Below, piece after piece: positions 53,875-63,893 of a DNA stretch of 64,000 nucleotides (within the stretch, counting starts at the first letter, position 1; each line of letters begins with the position of its first letter). Source of the DNA: an uncultured bacterium (GTDB taxonomy: Bacteria; Patescibacteriota; Minisyncoccia; Moranbacterales; UBA2206); NCBI GenBank assembly GCA_903937035.1, contig CAIZXS010000012.1, forward strand, positions 18,314 through 82,313, written 5' to 3'. The notes beneath the pieces are model-generated. The model was not told the DNA's origin and made no database searches. It worked only from the letters and a program-made list of their open reading frames with translations. The position numbers and the translations under genes are program-made.

Positions 53875-56163
53875 ATGAACAATAAAAAAACAAGGAACAA
53901 TAAAAAAACAATTAAGTTGATACTCGCTAGTATTCTAACAGTTTTTGGATTGGCTTTTTGCATTTCTCAATCCAAGGCTGCTAGTACTTCGCTACCGGCA
54001 CCAGTCAATTCGATTACGGTTGCCACCGTCAATATATATGATGCGAAGATGGTGTCACAGGAGAAAAATAGATTGAAGATATCCTTTGATCTTTCTAATC
54101 GGGAACTGGTACAGCCGGATGTGCATTATGCCGTTCAGCTTATGAAGAAGGATGTAAATACTTTGTCGGTAGTGGATGAAAAAATATATCCCGAAACGAT
54201 TAATCTTGGCAAAAATGAAACACTCAAGAAAGAAATCGAATATCTCGCCCCGCAATATCTAAATGGAAAGTTTCGACTTTGGCTTGTAGCAAAAAATGCA
54301 AGTGGTATGAATTTTTCTAGTGCTAATTTGGGAGAAATAACACTTGCAGGGGATAATCAATATGTGGGGATAGACACTGCTACCTGTTATCTTAAGGTGG
54401 TCGGAGAATCAGGGGATAAAAAATATAACCCAAGGCAGGGGGTAGATATTAGTAGCGAAGAAAAGTTAATTGCTACTTGTGATGCAATGAATTATTCCGA
54501 TACAAGTCTCACTCTTACCCCCCAGATTAAAACTTACTGGCGTTCTACTTTTGGAAAATTAGTTGAAGATAATAAGGAGCCTCAGACAGTCCTGTCCTTT
54601 GAAGCAAAAAAGCAAAAAACAATTTCCATTACATTACCAAAGGCTAGTCTCCCGCAAGCTTATGACGCGGTTTTGGAGTTGGTAGATAATCGAAAAAAAG
54701 TTCTTTCCACTCCTGTGGCTTTTCACTATGTCTTACAAGGAGCTAGCGCGACTATTCAGAGCTTTATTATGGACAAAGCTGCCTATCAAAAAGGGGAGAC
54801 AGCTAAGGCATCTTTCTTTTGGACTCCTTCCGCAGACATTTTTCCTGATTCTCGCGCTGGTCTTTACAGCGAGAAGATGGCTATGACGATGCAGATTGAA
54901 ATTAAAAATAGCAAAGGCGCAAATTGTATTAGCCCAACGAATGAGGCTCTGGACGCAACAAAAAATGCTCTGAATTTCAGCTATCCAATAATTACTGAAT
55001 GTAACGAACCAAAAATTGCAATCAGTATCAAGGATGCTAAAGGCAATATTTTAGACAAAAAGGAGTATTCATTGGAAGCTCAAGCTCAGAAAGCAGTTGT
55101 AGAAAAACTGGGAACTGCAAAAACGGAAAAAAGCTTATTGACCTACGTGATTATTCTAGTCGTGGTACTCTTGATTATTTCTTTCGGCCTGATTTATTTT
55201 AAAAAGAATAATGGTAATGGTGGGGATATAACAAAACTGACTATTTTTTTAATTCTATTGGCAGGGGGATTGTTTTTGTCTGCTAGTGGAGTGCGAGCGG
55301 ATACATGGACAGCTTATGTTGCTGGAACAGTCAAGGGTTCTGGTGAGCCAACAGATATACCGATTAATTTTGATGTGAGTTTGAATAAAGCTGTGTATGC
55401 GCCAAATGAGGAGATTAAAGTCAGTGGAACGGCAATGTCTTTTATTTGTGCTAATAGCTCTAATGTAAATATTGAGCTAACTGGAGAAACGAATGGTAGT
55501 GAAAAAACATTGATTCCAAGAAGTATGTATGGTTATTCTGGGACAGTCTATATTAACGGTGGCGATCCTGTTATTTTTCAAGCGCCATCTGTTCCAGGCA
55601 CATATAAAATGCACTATGCAGGCGAGGTTGGTTATCATTCGACGCCAACTGAGCATGATACCTATTATACTGTCGTCGATCCTTGCGTTCAATCATGTTC
55701 AGGCGATGCTAGTTGTAAAGCGACTCAACCTGGCTTCTCAACCGAAGTTACCACAGCAGGAACGAAATGTTGCACTACTGGTGAAAAATGCTACAACTGC
55801 ATAGCTCCACGGATCTGGGATTCGTTGAGTGGAACTTGCAAAGATCCATCTTGTGTTCAATCATGTTCAGGCGATGCTAGTTGTAAAGCGACTCAACCTG
55901 GCTTCTCAACCGAAGTTACCACAGCAGGAACGAAATGTTGCACTACTGGTGAAAAATGCTACAACTGTATAGCTCCAAAGGTTTGGGATTCGTTGAGCGG
56001 AGCCTGTAAGGACCCATGCACACCTGGTAATTGTACTGGCAGCTGTTCACTTCCATGCAGTCCTGGAATTTGTGGATATCAGACTCCAACGTGCTCCAAT
56101 TCTTGTCAGACATGTCCTCAAACATACTGTGGTTCTTGTAGCTCTGGTTGGCAAGAAAAATAG
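53875..56163 (+). CDS. Large secreted/membrane hypothetical protein with C-terminal Cys-rich tandem repeat modules
   Basis: Signal peptide 'KLILASILTVFGLAFCISQSKA'. TM helices near residues 425-445 and 465-485. Two ~55-aa near-identical Cys-rich repeats followed by a Cys-rich tail. Confidence 0.6.
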   Translation: MNNKKTRNNKKTIKLILASILTVFGLAFCISQSKAASTSLPAPVNSITVATVNIYDAKMVSQEKNRLKISFDLSNRELVQPDVHYAVQLMKKDVNTLSVVDEKIYPETINLGKNETLKKEIEYLAPQYLNGKFRLWLVAKNASGMNFSSANLGEITLAGDNQYVGIDTATCYLKVVGESGDKKYNPRQGVDISSEEKLIATCDAMNYSDTSLTLTPQIKTYWRSTFGKLVEDNKEPQTVLSFEAKKQKTISITLPKASLPQAYDAVLELVDNRKKVLSTPVAFHYVLQGASATIQSFIMDKAAYQKGETAKASFFWTPSADIFPDSRAGLYSEKMAMTMQIEIKNSKGANCISPTNEALDATKNALNFSYPIITECNEPKIAISIKDAKGNILDKKEYSLEAQAQKAVVEKLGTAKTEKSLLTYVIILVVVLLIISFGLIYFKKNNGNGGDITKLTIFLILLAGGLFLSASGVRADTWTAYVAGTVKGSGEPTDIPINFDVSLNKAVYAPNEEIKVSGTAMSFICANSSNVNIELTGETNGSEKTLIPRSMYGYSGTVYINGGDPVIFQAPSVPGTYKMHYAGEVGYHSTPTEHDTYYTVVDPCVQSCSGDASCKATQPGFSTEVTTAGTKCCTTGEKCYNCIAPRIWDSLSGTCKDPSCVQSCSGDASCKATQPGFSTEVTTAGTKCCTTGEKCYNCIAPKVWDSLSGACKDPCTPGNCTGSCSLPCSPGICGYQTPTCSNSCQTCPQTYCGSCSSGWQEK
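55678..56007 (+). repeat. Near-perfect tandem duplication (2 x ~165 bp) inside CDS 53875-56163
   Basis: gatcc(t/a)t(g/c)...caatcatgttcaggcgatgctagttgtaaagcgactcaacctggcttctcaaccgaagttaccacagcaggaacgaaatgttgcactactggtgaaaaatgctacaactg repeated at 55687 and 55852 with only a few mismatches. Confidence 0.85.
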
Positions 56164-56374
56164 CAACGTACCTTGTGGAAAAATCTCAGTTTCTGACTAG
56201 CTGCTTATTTCGATGAAATGAGAAATAGACAAGAAGCATCCGATTCTTTTGGATGTTTTTTGTTTGCGAAAAGCATTTGATAAACTTGGGTTAATGCTGT
56301 AAAATTAGGATAGAATTAAAATATTATTTATTCTTGCTAGCTGGCAATGTGCCAATTAGTAAAAAAAATGAATT

Positions 56375-58279
56375 ATGTCTCTTAATGAAATACAAAACGA
56401 ACTATATAAGAAGGAGCCAAGCAAGGAATTGCTGCAACATGAAAAAAGTGAATTTGATGCAAGCTCGATAGTCTTTTCTTCCCCTGAAAAAAGCGGACTG
56501 CCCAAAGATGAATGGTTGGAAAAAGAGGATGTGATTGAAAAGGAAGATAAAAAGATTGTAAAAAAGGGAGCGCTTATCGTGGGCGGATTGCTCTTAGTGA
56601 TTGCAGTTGTGGTGGGATTCTATAAGATAAAGCAATCTTTTTTCAACGCTGATCGGCTTTCTGTCTCCTTGGAAGGACCGGCAGAAGTTAAGAGTGGCAA
56701 TCTAGTTACCTATGAAATAAAATATAAAAATGACAACCGCGCTGATCTGAAAAATGTCACGCTGAAGATGACTTATCCCGAGGATTTTAAGCCTGAAGGG
56801 AATGCTGATTTCAAGAGCGAGGGCACAATGGTTAGTGTGCTGAAATTTGCCGACATCAAGGGGCAGAGCGAAGGAAAGATAGTTTTTAATGGACGAACCT
56901 ACAGTCCCAAGGGGAACTTGATTAAGATTAAAGCGGAAATTTCCTATATGCCGTCAACAGTCAGTACGACTTTTGTGGTGGGGGATCAATTGTCAATTGG
57001 TGTTATTTCAGCTCCAATAGCCCTTGAGGTAACGGCGCCACAAAATATTTCGGCTAATGACGAAGTAAATTATTTGATTAATTATAAGAATGAAGGCGTA
57101 GAGAATTTTGAAAATATCCGGGTTAAAATTGATTATCCTGAACAGTTCACGTTTACCAGCTCTGATCCTAAAGTGTTTGAAGGAAATAATATTTGGTATA
57201 TCGGTAGCCTGCCTGGTGGGCAAAGTGGAAAAATTGTAGTGGCCGGAAGAATGTCTGGCAATCGGGATGAGGTTAAGTTGGCCAAAGTAACAATCGGTGC
57301 GAATAATAATAGTGTATTTGTCAGCTATAACGAAGAGAGTGCTAGGACAAAAATAATATCCTCACCGCTAGTAATCAAGCAGACAGTCAATGGCTTGGAT
57401 AATCTAACTGCAAATGCTGGTGATAATTTGCGATTCAAGATAGATTATAAAAACGAAGGACCGTTGGGACTTCGTGATGTAATCGTGACCGAACATATCG
57501 ATAGTACGGTTTTAGATTATTCAACATTGGACACGGATGGAGGGGCATATGATGCTAACAGTAAAACAATCACTTGGAAGGCCTCGGATCATAAAGAATT
57601 AAAAAATCTTGCTTCGGGCCAGGGTGGTACAATATCATTCATAATAAATATCAAAGGGGTTATTCCTGTGGCAAGCGGTAATGATAAAAATTTTGTTATT
57701 TCCAGTTTGGCAAAAATTGATAGTCCTGACATTTCAACACCTATTAGCATGAATAAGGTTATCTCTGGGAATAAGATGGATACTAAGCTTAATTCCAAGT
57801 TAGTCTTGGATGTGAAGGGTTACTACAATGATGCCAAAATTCCCAATACTGGACCAGTCCCGCCTAAAGTCTCACAAGAATCAACCTATACCATGCATTT
57901 CATCGCATCGAACGTTTCCAATGATATTGAAGGCGCAAAGGTGGAAGCGGTTCTACCTACATCAGTCAGTGTGACGGGAAAATTTTTCCCTGAAGGATCT
58001 CCAATATTTTATAACGAAAGAACTAATTCTATTGTATGGAATATTGGCAATTTAGAGGCCGGTGCCGGAATAGTGTCTCCAGGGAAAGAAGTAGCCTTTC
58101 AGGTGAAAATCAAACCTTCTGTCGACCAGGTTGGGCAAGAAGCGCCACTACTCAATGAATCTGTTTTTTCCGCTAAGGATCTATTTACAGGAGAGAATAT
58201 ATCTGCTAAGGTTCCAGGTAAAAGCACGCGACTCTATGAGGATGATGGTTTAGTGGGAAGTTATAGGGTATCCAATTAA
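56375..58279 (+). CDS. Bitopic surface protein with repeated DUF11/CARDB-like beta-sandwich domains
   Basis: N-terminal TM 'GALIVGGLLLVIAVVVGFY'. Repeated units of type 'LSVSLEGPAEVKSGNLVTYEIKYKNDNRADLKNVTLKMTYPEDF' / 'LEVTAPQNISANDEVNYLINYKNEGVENFENIRVKIDYPEQF'. Confidence 0.55.
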   Translation: MSLNEIQNELYKKEPSKELLQHEKSEFDASSIVFSSPEKSGLPKDEWLEKEDVIEKEDKKIVKKGALIVGGLLLVIAVVVGFYKIKQSFFNADRLSVSLEGPAEVKSGNLVTYEIKYKNDNRADLKNVTLKMTYPEDFKPEGNADFKSEGTMVSVLKFADIKGQSEGKIVFNGRTYSPKGNLIKIKAEISYMPSTVSTTFVVGDQLSIGVISAPIALEVTAPQNISANDEVNYLINYKNEGVENFENIRVKIDYPEQFTFTSSDPKVFEGNNIWYIGSLPGGQSGKIVVAGRMSGNRDEVKLAKVTIGANNNSVFVSYNEESARTKIISSPLVIKQTVNGLDNLTANAGDNLRFKIDYKNEGPLGLRDVIVTEHIDSTVLDYSTLDTDGGAYDANSKTITWKASDHKELKNLASGQGGTISFIINIKGVIPVASGNDKNFVISSLAKIDSPDISTPISMNKVISGNKMDTKLNSKLVLDVKGYYNDAKIPNTGPVPPKVSQESTYTMHFIASNVSNDIEGAKVEAVLPTSVSVTGKFFPEGSPIFYNERTNSIVWNIGNLEAGAGIVSPGKEVAFQVKIKPSVDQVGQEAPLLNESVFSAKDLFTGENISAKVPGKSTRLYEDDGLVGSYRVSN

Positions 58280-59454
58280 TGTTCAGTCTAATAGCCAGAA
58301 AAAATACCGCGAGAAGCGGTCAAATTAAGACAAGAAACGGAGTAATTAATACCCCGTTTTTTATGCCTGACGCGACGCGTGGTTTTGTGAAATCGCTAGA
58401 TAGGGATGATTTGCTTGAAGCGGGCGTGGAACCGATGGTGGTGAATACCTATCATTTATACTTGCAACCCGGAACGGAACTTATTAAAAATGCCGGAGGC
58501 ATCCATCAATTCATGAATTGGCATGCGCCGCTTCTTTCTGACTCAGGCGGTTATCAAGTCTTTTCTTTGATTCATAAAAATCCCAAGATGGGAAAAATTA
58601 CTGATGAGGCTGTTATTTTCAAATCTCCCTTGGACGGATCAACGCATATAATTTCACCAGAAAAATCCATTCAAATTCAATTTGACCTGGGCGTTGACAT
58701 GATGGTGGTACTGGACGACGTGCCACCGAATAGTTACACAAAAGAAAAAATCAAAGACGCTGTCGAGCGGACTGTTCGTTGGGCAGCTCGTTGCAAGATT
58801 GAGTATAAAAAGCAATTAAAAAAGAGAAAAATATCAAAGGCAGATCGTCCATTAATTTTTGGTGTTATTCAAGGTGGAGGACATGCTGACCTGCGAAAAT
58901 ATTGCGCCGAAAAGCTTGTTGAGATTGGATTTGATGGATATGGCTTTGGCGCGCGGCACGTTGACACAGATGGAAATTTTATGGAAGACGTTGTGCGCGA
59001 GACCGCCAAGCTTATTCCGGAAAATTCTTTACGTTTTGCCTTGGGCGTTGGAACACCAGCTGATATTGTTAAGTTTACCAATTGTGGTTGGGATATGTTT
59101 GATTGTGTGATTCCAACAAGAGAGGGGAGACACGGACGGTTGTTTATAAGAAAGATTGCAGAGACGCAATTTATTGCGTCTAAAAAAACAAACAAAGACG
59201 CGATAAAGCGCGTCTCTACGATGGATGATGATTTCTATGAAACGATTAATATTAATAACGAAAAATTCAGAGAAGACTTTGGACCAGTGGACGCCGCTTG
59301 TGATTGCCAGCTTTGCAAGAATTATTCGCGAAGCTATCTTCGTCATCTCTTTGCCATGAAAGACCCAATCGCCATGCGACTCTCAGCAATTCATAATTTG
59401 AAATTCTATATGGATTTGATGGAAGACTTGCGGGCGGAGATTATAAATAAATGA
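58279..59454 (+). CDS. tgt: Queuine tRNA-ribosyltransferase (tRNA-guanine transglycosylase)
   Basis: 'TRNGVINTPFFMPDAT', 'NTYHLYLQPG', 'GVIQGGGHADLR', Zn site 'CDCQLCKNYSRSYLRHL'. Confidence 0.9.
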   Translation: MFSLIARKNTARSGQIKTRNGVINTPFFMPDATRGFVKSLDRDDLLEAGVEPMVVNTYHLYLQPGTELIKNAGGIHQFMNWHAPLLSDSGGYQVFSLIHKNPKMGKITDEAVIFKSPLDGSTHIISPEKSIQIQFDLGVDMMVVLDDVPPNSYTKEKIKDAVERTVRWAARCKIEYKKQLKKRKISKADRPLIFGVIQGGGHADLRKYCAEKLVEIGFDGYGFGARHVDTDGNFMEDVVRETAKLIPENSLRFALGVGTPADIVKFTNCGWDMFDCVIPTREGRHGRLFIRKIAETQFIASKKTNKDAIKRVSTMDDDFYETININNEKFREDFGPVDAACDCQLCKNYSRSYLRHLFAMKDPIAMRLSAIHNLKFYMDLMEDLRAEIINK

Positions 59455-59469
59455 CATTTTTAAATTTAG

Positions 59470-59790
59470 TGGGGGAGCTTTCCTGAAAGACACTCCCCCG
59501 ACGGAGTTTGATCGCGCTGAAGGTTTCCTTAACCAGCTGAACTTTCTCAGCTGATCACATCAGAACAGGCCCTGGTTTTTCACGGGTCTTACAAAGACTC
59601 GTCGAGGGACTTTGCCCTCGATCTGCTCCAAAATGCGTAGCTCATCGGCTAGCAAATAAGCGGTCAGAGACCCTAGCTCACAATCACACTCTATATTTAT
59701 ACAATCAGGTTTTCTACGTGTAGTCAAGTTGGACATTGCCCGGTTCTCTTGACTTTTTGCTTTAATTGTGCTATTATTAAAAATCGTACG
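59470..59790. ncRNA. GC-rich, ORF-free ~320-400-nt segment with multiple hairpins; candidate structured non-coding RNA (identity unknown)
   Basis: No ORF >=60 aa on either strand across 59455-59884. Local GC clearly above the AT-rich background. Hairpins gggggag...ctccccc, gagggactttgccctc, agctga..tcagct, ggtt..aacc. Confidence 0.35.
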
Positions 59791-59884
59791 TGGACAATTT
59801 ATTTGTTCGAATTGTCTCGCTAAATGGCCATTTTTTGCTACTTTTCGTAGCTTTATTTTTTAACAACTTTGGGAGAAAAGTTCA

Positions 59885-61132
59885 ATGAAAAGATTGATTC
59901 TGGTATGTTTTCTCGTGGCGACTATAGTTGTGTTTTACTCTTCTGGTGTTTTTGCAAAGAGTGAGATTGTCAGCAGTATTAATCTGGTCAATAAAATCCA
60001 AGATATTGCCGTGGACGGCAATGGCATTATTTATGCCACGACCGATTACAGCAGTAACGCCTGGGATGGAGATGTTTTTAAGCTCCAGCTCAGTGGGAAT
60101 CAGCTGCAAAAAATTTCCTCTTTGCGTGGAAATGGATTCCGTAATCGGGATGCTTTTTCTGAAATGTCCATTTTGAACGGGAGGGGCTATGTGCTCTCAA
60201 CCTACTCTGAATCTTGTGGAATTGTGGCGGATTTGAGTACCATGACAATCGCCGTGCCCATTGGTATGGAATGTCAAATAAAGGACTCAAAAATTATTAC
60301 CACTGATGGCGTTGATATTTATATTGGTGGTGGAATGTTGAGTGGTGGAAAGACTGTGCCCTATGTGCGGTCATATGTCCCACTTTCCAATGGAGAGCTG
60401 AATTATCAGAGCGCCGTTACTCCCGAAGGAATTCCTGAGAAAGTATTTTTTCAGCCAGAAAAGAAGTATCTCTTCCTGGCGATGGGAAATGCTGGGATCG
60501 GGGCTTGGGACACAACCGATCCAAGAGCTCTCTGGAAGTTGGGTCAGCCGCGAGACACTTTCTACACTGCGGATGGCTATGATTATTTCAAAAGAGCCAT
60601 CGATATGGTGTCGGAAAATCAATATGTCTATGCGCTGGCTGGGGATGATCAATGTTGGAGGGGTGTATTGGCGATCATTAGTTTGACCGAACCAAGCTAT
60701 GATGAGTATTGGTTTCGGTTCGCTAATCAGGTTGGTGGGCTGGATATTGATGACGGACCATTATTTTTGAAAAAAAGTGGTAATCGAATTTTTATCGCTA
60801 CAAAAACATCCAGCATTCTCGTTGTGGATGTTTCAGACGCGATGAAGCCAAAGCTTATCGAGACAATCTCAATCATGGCAACAGATTTTGAAGTGATTGA
60901 GGATAAGCTCATTGTGGCCAGTGACAACCTTTTACAAGTTGTGCAGTTGGCCGGTGAAAAAATCGTTGGCGACATCAATGATGATGGCAAGGTCGATCTG
61001 GCTGATGCAATTTTGGCATTACAAGTCACGAGCGGAAAAAGCGTGACTGTTAAGGTCGAAAATGGTGTCAATGGAAAAATCGGCCTCACGGAGGCTGTGT
61101 ATGCCTTGCAAAAAACTGTAGGGCTGCGTTAG
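59885..61132 (+). CDS. Secreted protein with C-terminal dockerin-like Ca-binding repeat pair
   Basis: Signal peptide 'MKRLILVCFLVATIVVFYSSGVFA'. C-terminus 'GDINDDGKVDLADAILALQVTSG ... NGVNGKIGLTEAVYALQKTVG' fits the dockerin D-x-N-x-DG-x-V-x-x-x-D repeat. Confidence 0.5.
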   Translation: MKRLILVCFLVATIVVFYSSGVFAKSEIVSSINLVNKIQDIAVDGNGIIYATTDYSSNAWDGDVFKLQLSGNQLQKISSLRGNGFRNRDAFSEMSILNGRGYVLSTYSESCGIVADLSTMTIAVPIGMECQIKDSKIITTDGVDIYIGGGMLSGGKTVPYVRSYVPLSNGELNYQSAVTPEGIPEKVFFQPEKKYLFLAMGNAGIGAWDTTDPRALWKLGQPRDTFYTADGYDYFKRAIDMVSENQYVYALAGDDQCWRGVLAIISLTEPSYDEYWFRFANQVGGLDIDDGPLFLKKSGNRIFIATKTSSILVVDVSDAMKPKLIETISIMATDFEVIEDKLIVASDNLLQVVQLAGEKIVGDINDDGKVDLADAILALQVTSGKSVTVKVENGVNGKIGLTEAVYALQKTVGLR

Positions 61133-61138
61133 AAAAAA

Positions 61139-61175
61139 GGACCATCCGGGAGATTTCCCGGATGGTCCTTTTCTT
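61139..61175. terminator. Bidirectional rho-independent terminator (ggaccatccgggagatttcccggatggtcc)
   Basis: 12-bp perfect stem, 6-nt loop, A-run upstream and T-run downstream. Sits between convergent genes. Confidence 0.85.
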
Positions 61176-61243
61176 ATACTTTAGAATTGTATGAGCAGTA
61201 GCTGTTAAGTTGGTGCTCATTTTTTTGTGCTTTTTGGCAGTAA

Positions 61244-61990
61244 TTATTCCTGCTTCCCATTTGCAAGAATGCGCAGACTTTCTTTGATGGTACACAGCTC
61301 TAGTTCTTTTTCTTTGAGTCTTTTTCGGAGATCATCAACGAGGGCATCTTTTAGCTTCAACTCGCTTTGACAGGTTGTTCTATCATCCATACAGTTGGCA
61401 AGATTTTTTCTCACTGGGCAGTCGTCGCATTTTTCTGCTTGCAACCGTTTGGCTTCAGCAGTAAAACGCACAAGGCAAGTGTGGATTGACCCAATCAATG
61501 ATGGATCTATCTTTTGGAATGGAGCTGGCAACTCCATGGTTGGCTGATCTGACGGGAGTGGCTGTTTTTCTGAAAGAGAATCGGCGATCGTTTTCTCAAT
61601 CTTTTCCTTGACATAAGTCTCCTGGATTATCTCCCAGGTTATGCCGTCATCCAGAAGTTGCTTCAAGGGCTTCGTATACCAGCTTTGCTTGATAGACACG
61701 AGATGTTGCATACGCGCCTTGGCCTTTTCGTCTCCTCGCAATACACCCCAGGTTAATTTATAAAGACTCAATGTGAACTTTATAATTCCCACAGATGATG
61801 CACATTCTGCGGCCTCTAATTCCAGCATTATTTCAGGGAATCTTGAGCGGTGAATTTTAAAGTCAGGCGTTGCCCAACTTATGATTATTTTTCTAGCTTT
61901 AAGCACTTTTGGATCCGTTTCTCTTCTGTATGATGGTGAAAAGCGAGAAATAAAATCCGCAGCCTTGTTTAGTCGTGCATTTGTTGTCAT
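61244..61990 (-). CDS. Hypothetical protein with C-terminal Cys cluster and coiled-coil tail
   Basis: ORF only. 'CDDCPVRKNLANCMDDRTTC' then K/E-rich heptads. Confidence 0.4.
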   Translation of the reverse strand: MTTNARLNKAADFISRFSPSYRRETDPKVLKARKIIISWATPDFKIHRSRFPEIMLELEAAECASSVGIIKFTLSLYKLTWGVLRGDEKAKARMQHLVSIKQSWYTKPLKQLLDDGITWEIIQETYVKEKIEKTIADSLSEKQPLPSDQPTMELPAPFQKIDPSLIGSIHTCLVRFTAEAKRLQAEKCDDCPVRKNLANCMDDRTTCQSELKLKDALVDDLRKRLKEKELELCTIKESLRILANGKQE

Positions 61991-62127
61991 AACTCTAGTC
62001 TCCCTAGTGTATTGTTAATATGCTTTATTTCTAGCGATAATTTAGTAATAGATATTAATAGCACAAAACAAAAGCTTTGTAAAGAGCGCGGTTTGCCTTT
62101 TTTGCTTATCTGGCTTAGATTATATAT

Positions 62128-63405
62128 ATGAAAAAAATTGAACTTTTAGCGCCGGCTGGCGACCTAAATAAACTAAAATACGCCCTAGCCTTTGGCGCGG
62201 ACGCCGTTTATTGCGGTGTGCCGGATTTTTCTTTGCGGGTGCGGATCAATCGGTTTTCGGATAATGATTTAACTAAAGCTGTGGAATACGTGCATGCGCG
62301 CAAAAAAAAGATTTATGTGACGCTGAATATCTATGCTCACAATCAGCATTTGGAAAAAATCAAAAAGCACATTCAATTCTTGAAAAAGTTGAAAGTTGAT
62401 GCGATTATCGCTAGTGACCCAGGGATAATTCTCCTTATCCAAAAATATTGGCCAAAGTGTGAAATTCATCTCTCTACCCAAGCCAATGTGACCAACTTTG
62501 CGGCGGTAGAGTTTTGGAAAAAGCAGAGTGTGAAAAGAATTATTCTCGCGCGAGAAGTTTCACTCTCGGAGATTAAGGAAATCAAGAAGCAAACGAAAAA
62601 TATTGAGCTGGAATATTTTGTTCATGGCGCGATGTGCATGAGTTATTCCGGGCGCTGTATTTTGTCCAAATGGATGACGGACCGCAGTGCCAATCTGGGT
62701 GATTGTTCGCAGCCGTGTCGGTGGGAATACCATGAAACATGTAACATGAAACATGAAACAAAAAATGCAGGGGGCGATAATTTCCTTAGTATGAGTGTGA
62801 TTGATGATCAAAAACGCTATGGGATGGATGTGGAGGAAGATGCACACGGGACATATTTTTTTAATAGTTATGACATGAATTTGCTTCCGCACCTTTCTGA
62901 TTTACGTGAGGCGGGCGTGGAGTCATTCAAGATTGAAGGACGAGCCAAAAGTGCCTATTATCTAGCAATTGTGACACGAGCCTATCGTGCCGTGCTTGAT
63001 GCCTTGGAAAATAATCTGCCAGTAAAAGAAACCAAAGCGATCATTAAAAAGCAAAAAATCGAACTGGATAACTTAGTACACCGTGGATATTCAACCGGCT
63101 TTCTTTTGGGGCGAGAGCCGGAGCATAATTTTGAAAATAAAAATAATCCGGCTAAATTTCAATTTGTGGGCGAGGTGAGGGGAGTGGAAGGAAATCTTAA
63201 TATTTTACGCGTGCACAATCACGTTGCTATTGGAGACAAATTGGAAGCAATAACACCGAAAGAAAACATCAAGCTTAAAATAAAAAGGATTTTAGATTAT
63301 AATAAAAATGAAGTGGCAGTGGCTGATGGCGGGCACAATAGGGAGTACTATTTTGAATTTGATAAAAAACTGGAAAGCGGAAGTTTGGTGCGGAAAGTGA
63401 TCTAA
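62128..63405 (+). CDS. Peptidase U32 family protein (RlhA/TrhP-like RNA-modification or collagenase-like)
   Basis: 'MKKIELLAPAGDLNKLKYALAFGADAVYCG' and U32 signature 'EYFVHGAMCMSYSGRCILS'. Confidence 0.85.
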   Translation: MKKIELLAPAGDLNKLKYALAFGADAVYCGVPDFSLRVRINRFSDNDLTKAVEYVHARKKKIYVTLNIYAHNQHLEKIKKHIQFLKKLKVDAIIASDPGIILLIQKYWPKCEIHLSTQANVTNFAAVEFWKKQSVKRIILAREVSLSEIKEIKKQTKNIELEYFVHGAMCMSYSGRCILSKWMTDRSANLGDCSQPCRWEYHETCNMKHETKNAGGDNFLSMSVIDDQKRYGMDVEEDAHGTYFFNSYDMNLLPHLSDLREAGVESFKIEGRAKSAYYLAIVTRAYRAVLDALENNLPVKETKAIIKKQKIELDNLVHRGYSTGFLLGREPEHNFENKNNPAKFQFVGEVRGVEGNLNILRVHNHVAIGDKLEAITPKENIKLKIKRILDYNKNEVAVADGGHNREYYFEFDKKLESGSLVRKVI

Positions 63406-63443
63406 AAAGTTTAAAGCGTAAACTTAAAAACTAATATAAAATT

Positions 63444-63893
63444 ATGCGAGAAGATAGGGTCTATAAAATTGAAGTGCATGTGGCGGGAATTTGTTTTTGG
63501 GGCGATAAGGTGCTGATTGTGAAAAGAAACTCCAAAAGGAGGCTCTATCCTAATCTTTGGGAGTGTGGTGGTGGACAAGTTAGAAATGGAGAAAACTTTG
63601 AGGAGGCCTTGATTCGTGGACAGAGAGAAGAATTGGGCGTCGAAATCAAGCCGTTGCGGATGCTCAAAAATTTAGGTACCTATGAGATTATTACCAATAA
63701 TCCCGAGCAATCAAAGATTCCGGGAGTTAAAATTTTTTGTGAAATCGTTGGCTTTGCACGTGGCAAAGAGCCAGAAATTACTGACGAGCATAGTGAGTGG
63801 AAATTTATTTCCAAAGCGGAAATTGGTGATTATGAATTTATTCCTGGGTTGAAAGATGAGATTAGAGAGGCGTATGGGATGATAGAAAAATAA
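63444..63893 (+). CDS. Nudix hydrolase
   Basis: Nudix box 'GGGQVRNGENFEEALIRGQREELGVEI' (Gx5Ex7REUxEExGU). Confidence 0.85.
   Translation: MREDRVYKIEVHVAGICFWGDKVLIVKRNSKRRLYPNLWECGGGQVRNGENFEEALIRGQREELGVEIKPLRMLKNLGTYEIITNNPEQSKIPGVKIFCEIVGFARGKEPEITDEHSEWKFISKAEIGDYEFIPGLKDEIREAYGMIEK

Noticed and set aside
59455-59884. RNase P RNA, tmRNA, 6S RNA or SRP RNA identity for the GC-rich segment
   Set aside because: I could not find, by eye, the GGAAAGTCCGGGC/ACAGAA RNase P blocks, a tRNA-like acceptor/T-arm with a tag ORF (tmRNA), or the SRP domain IV motif. Left as unnamed candidate ncRNA.
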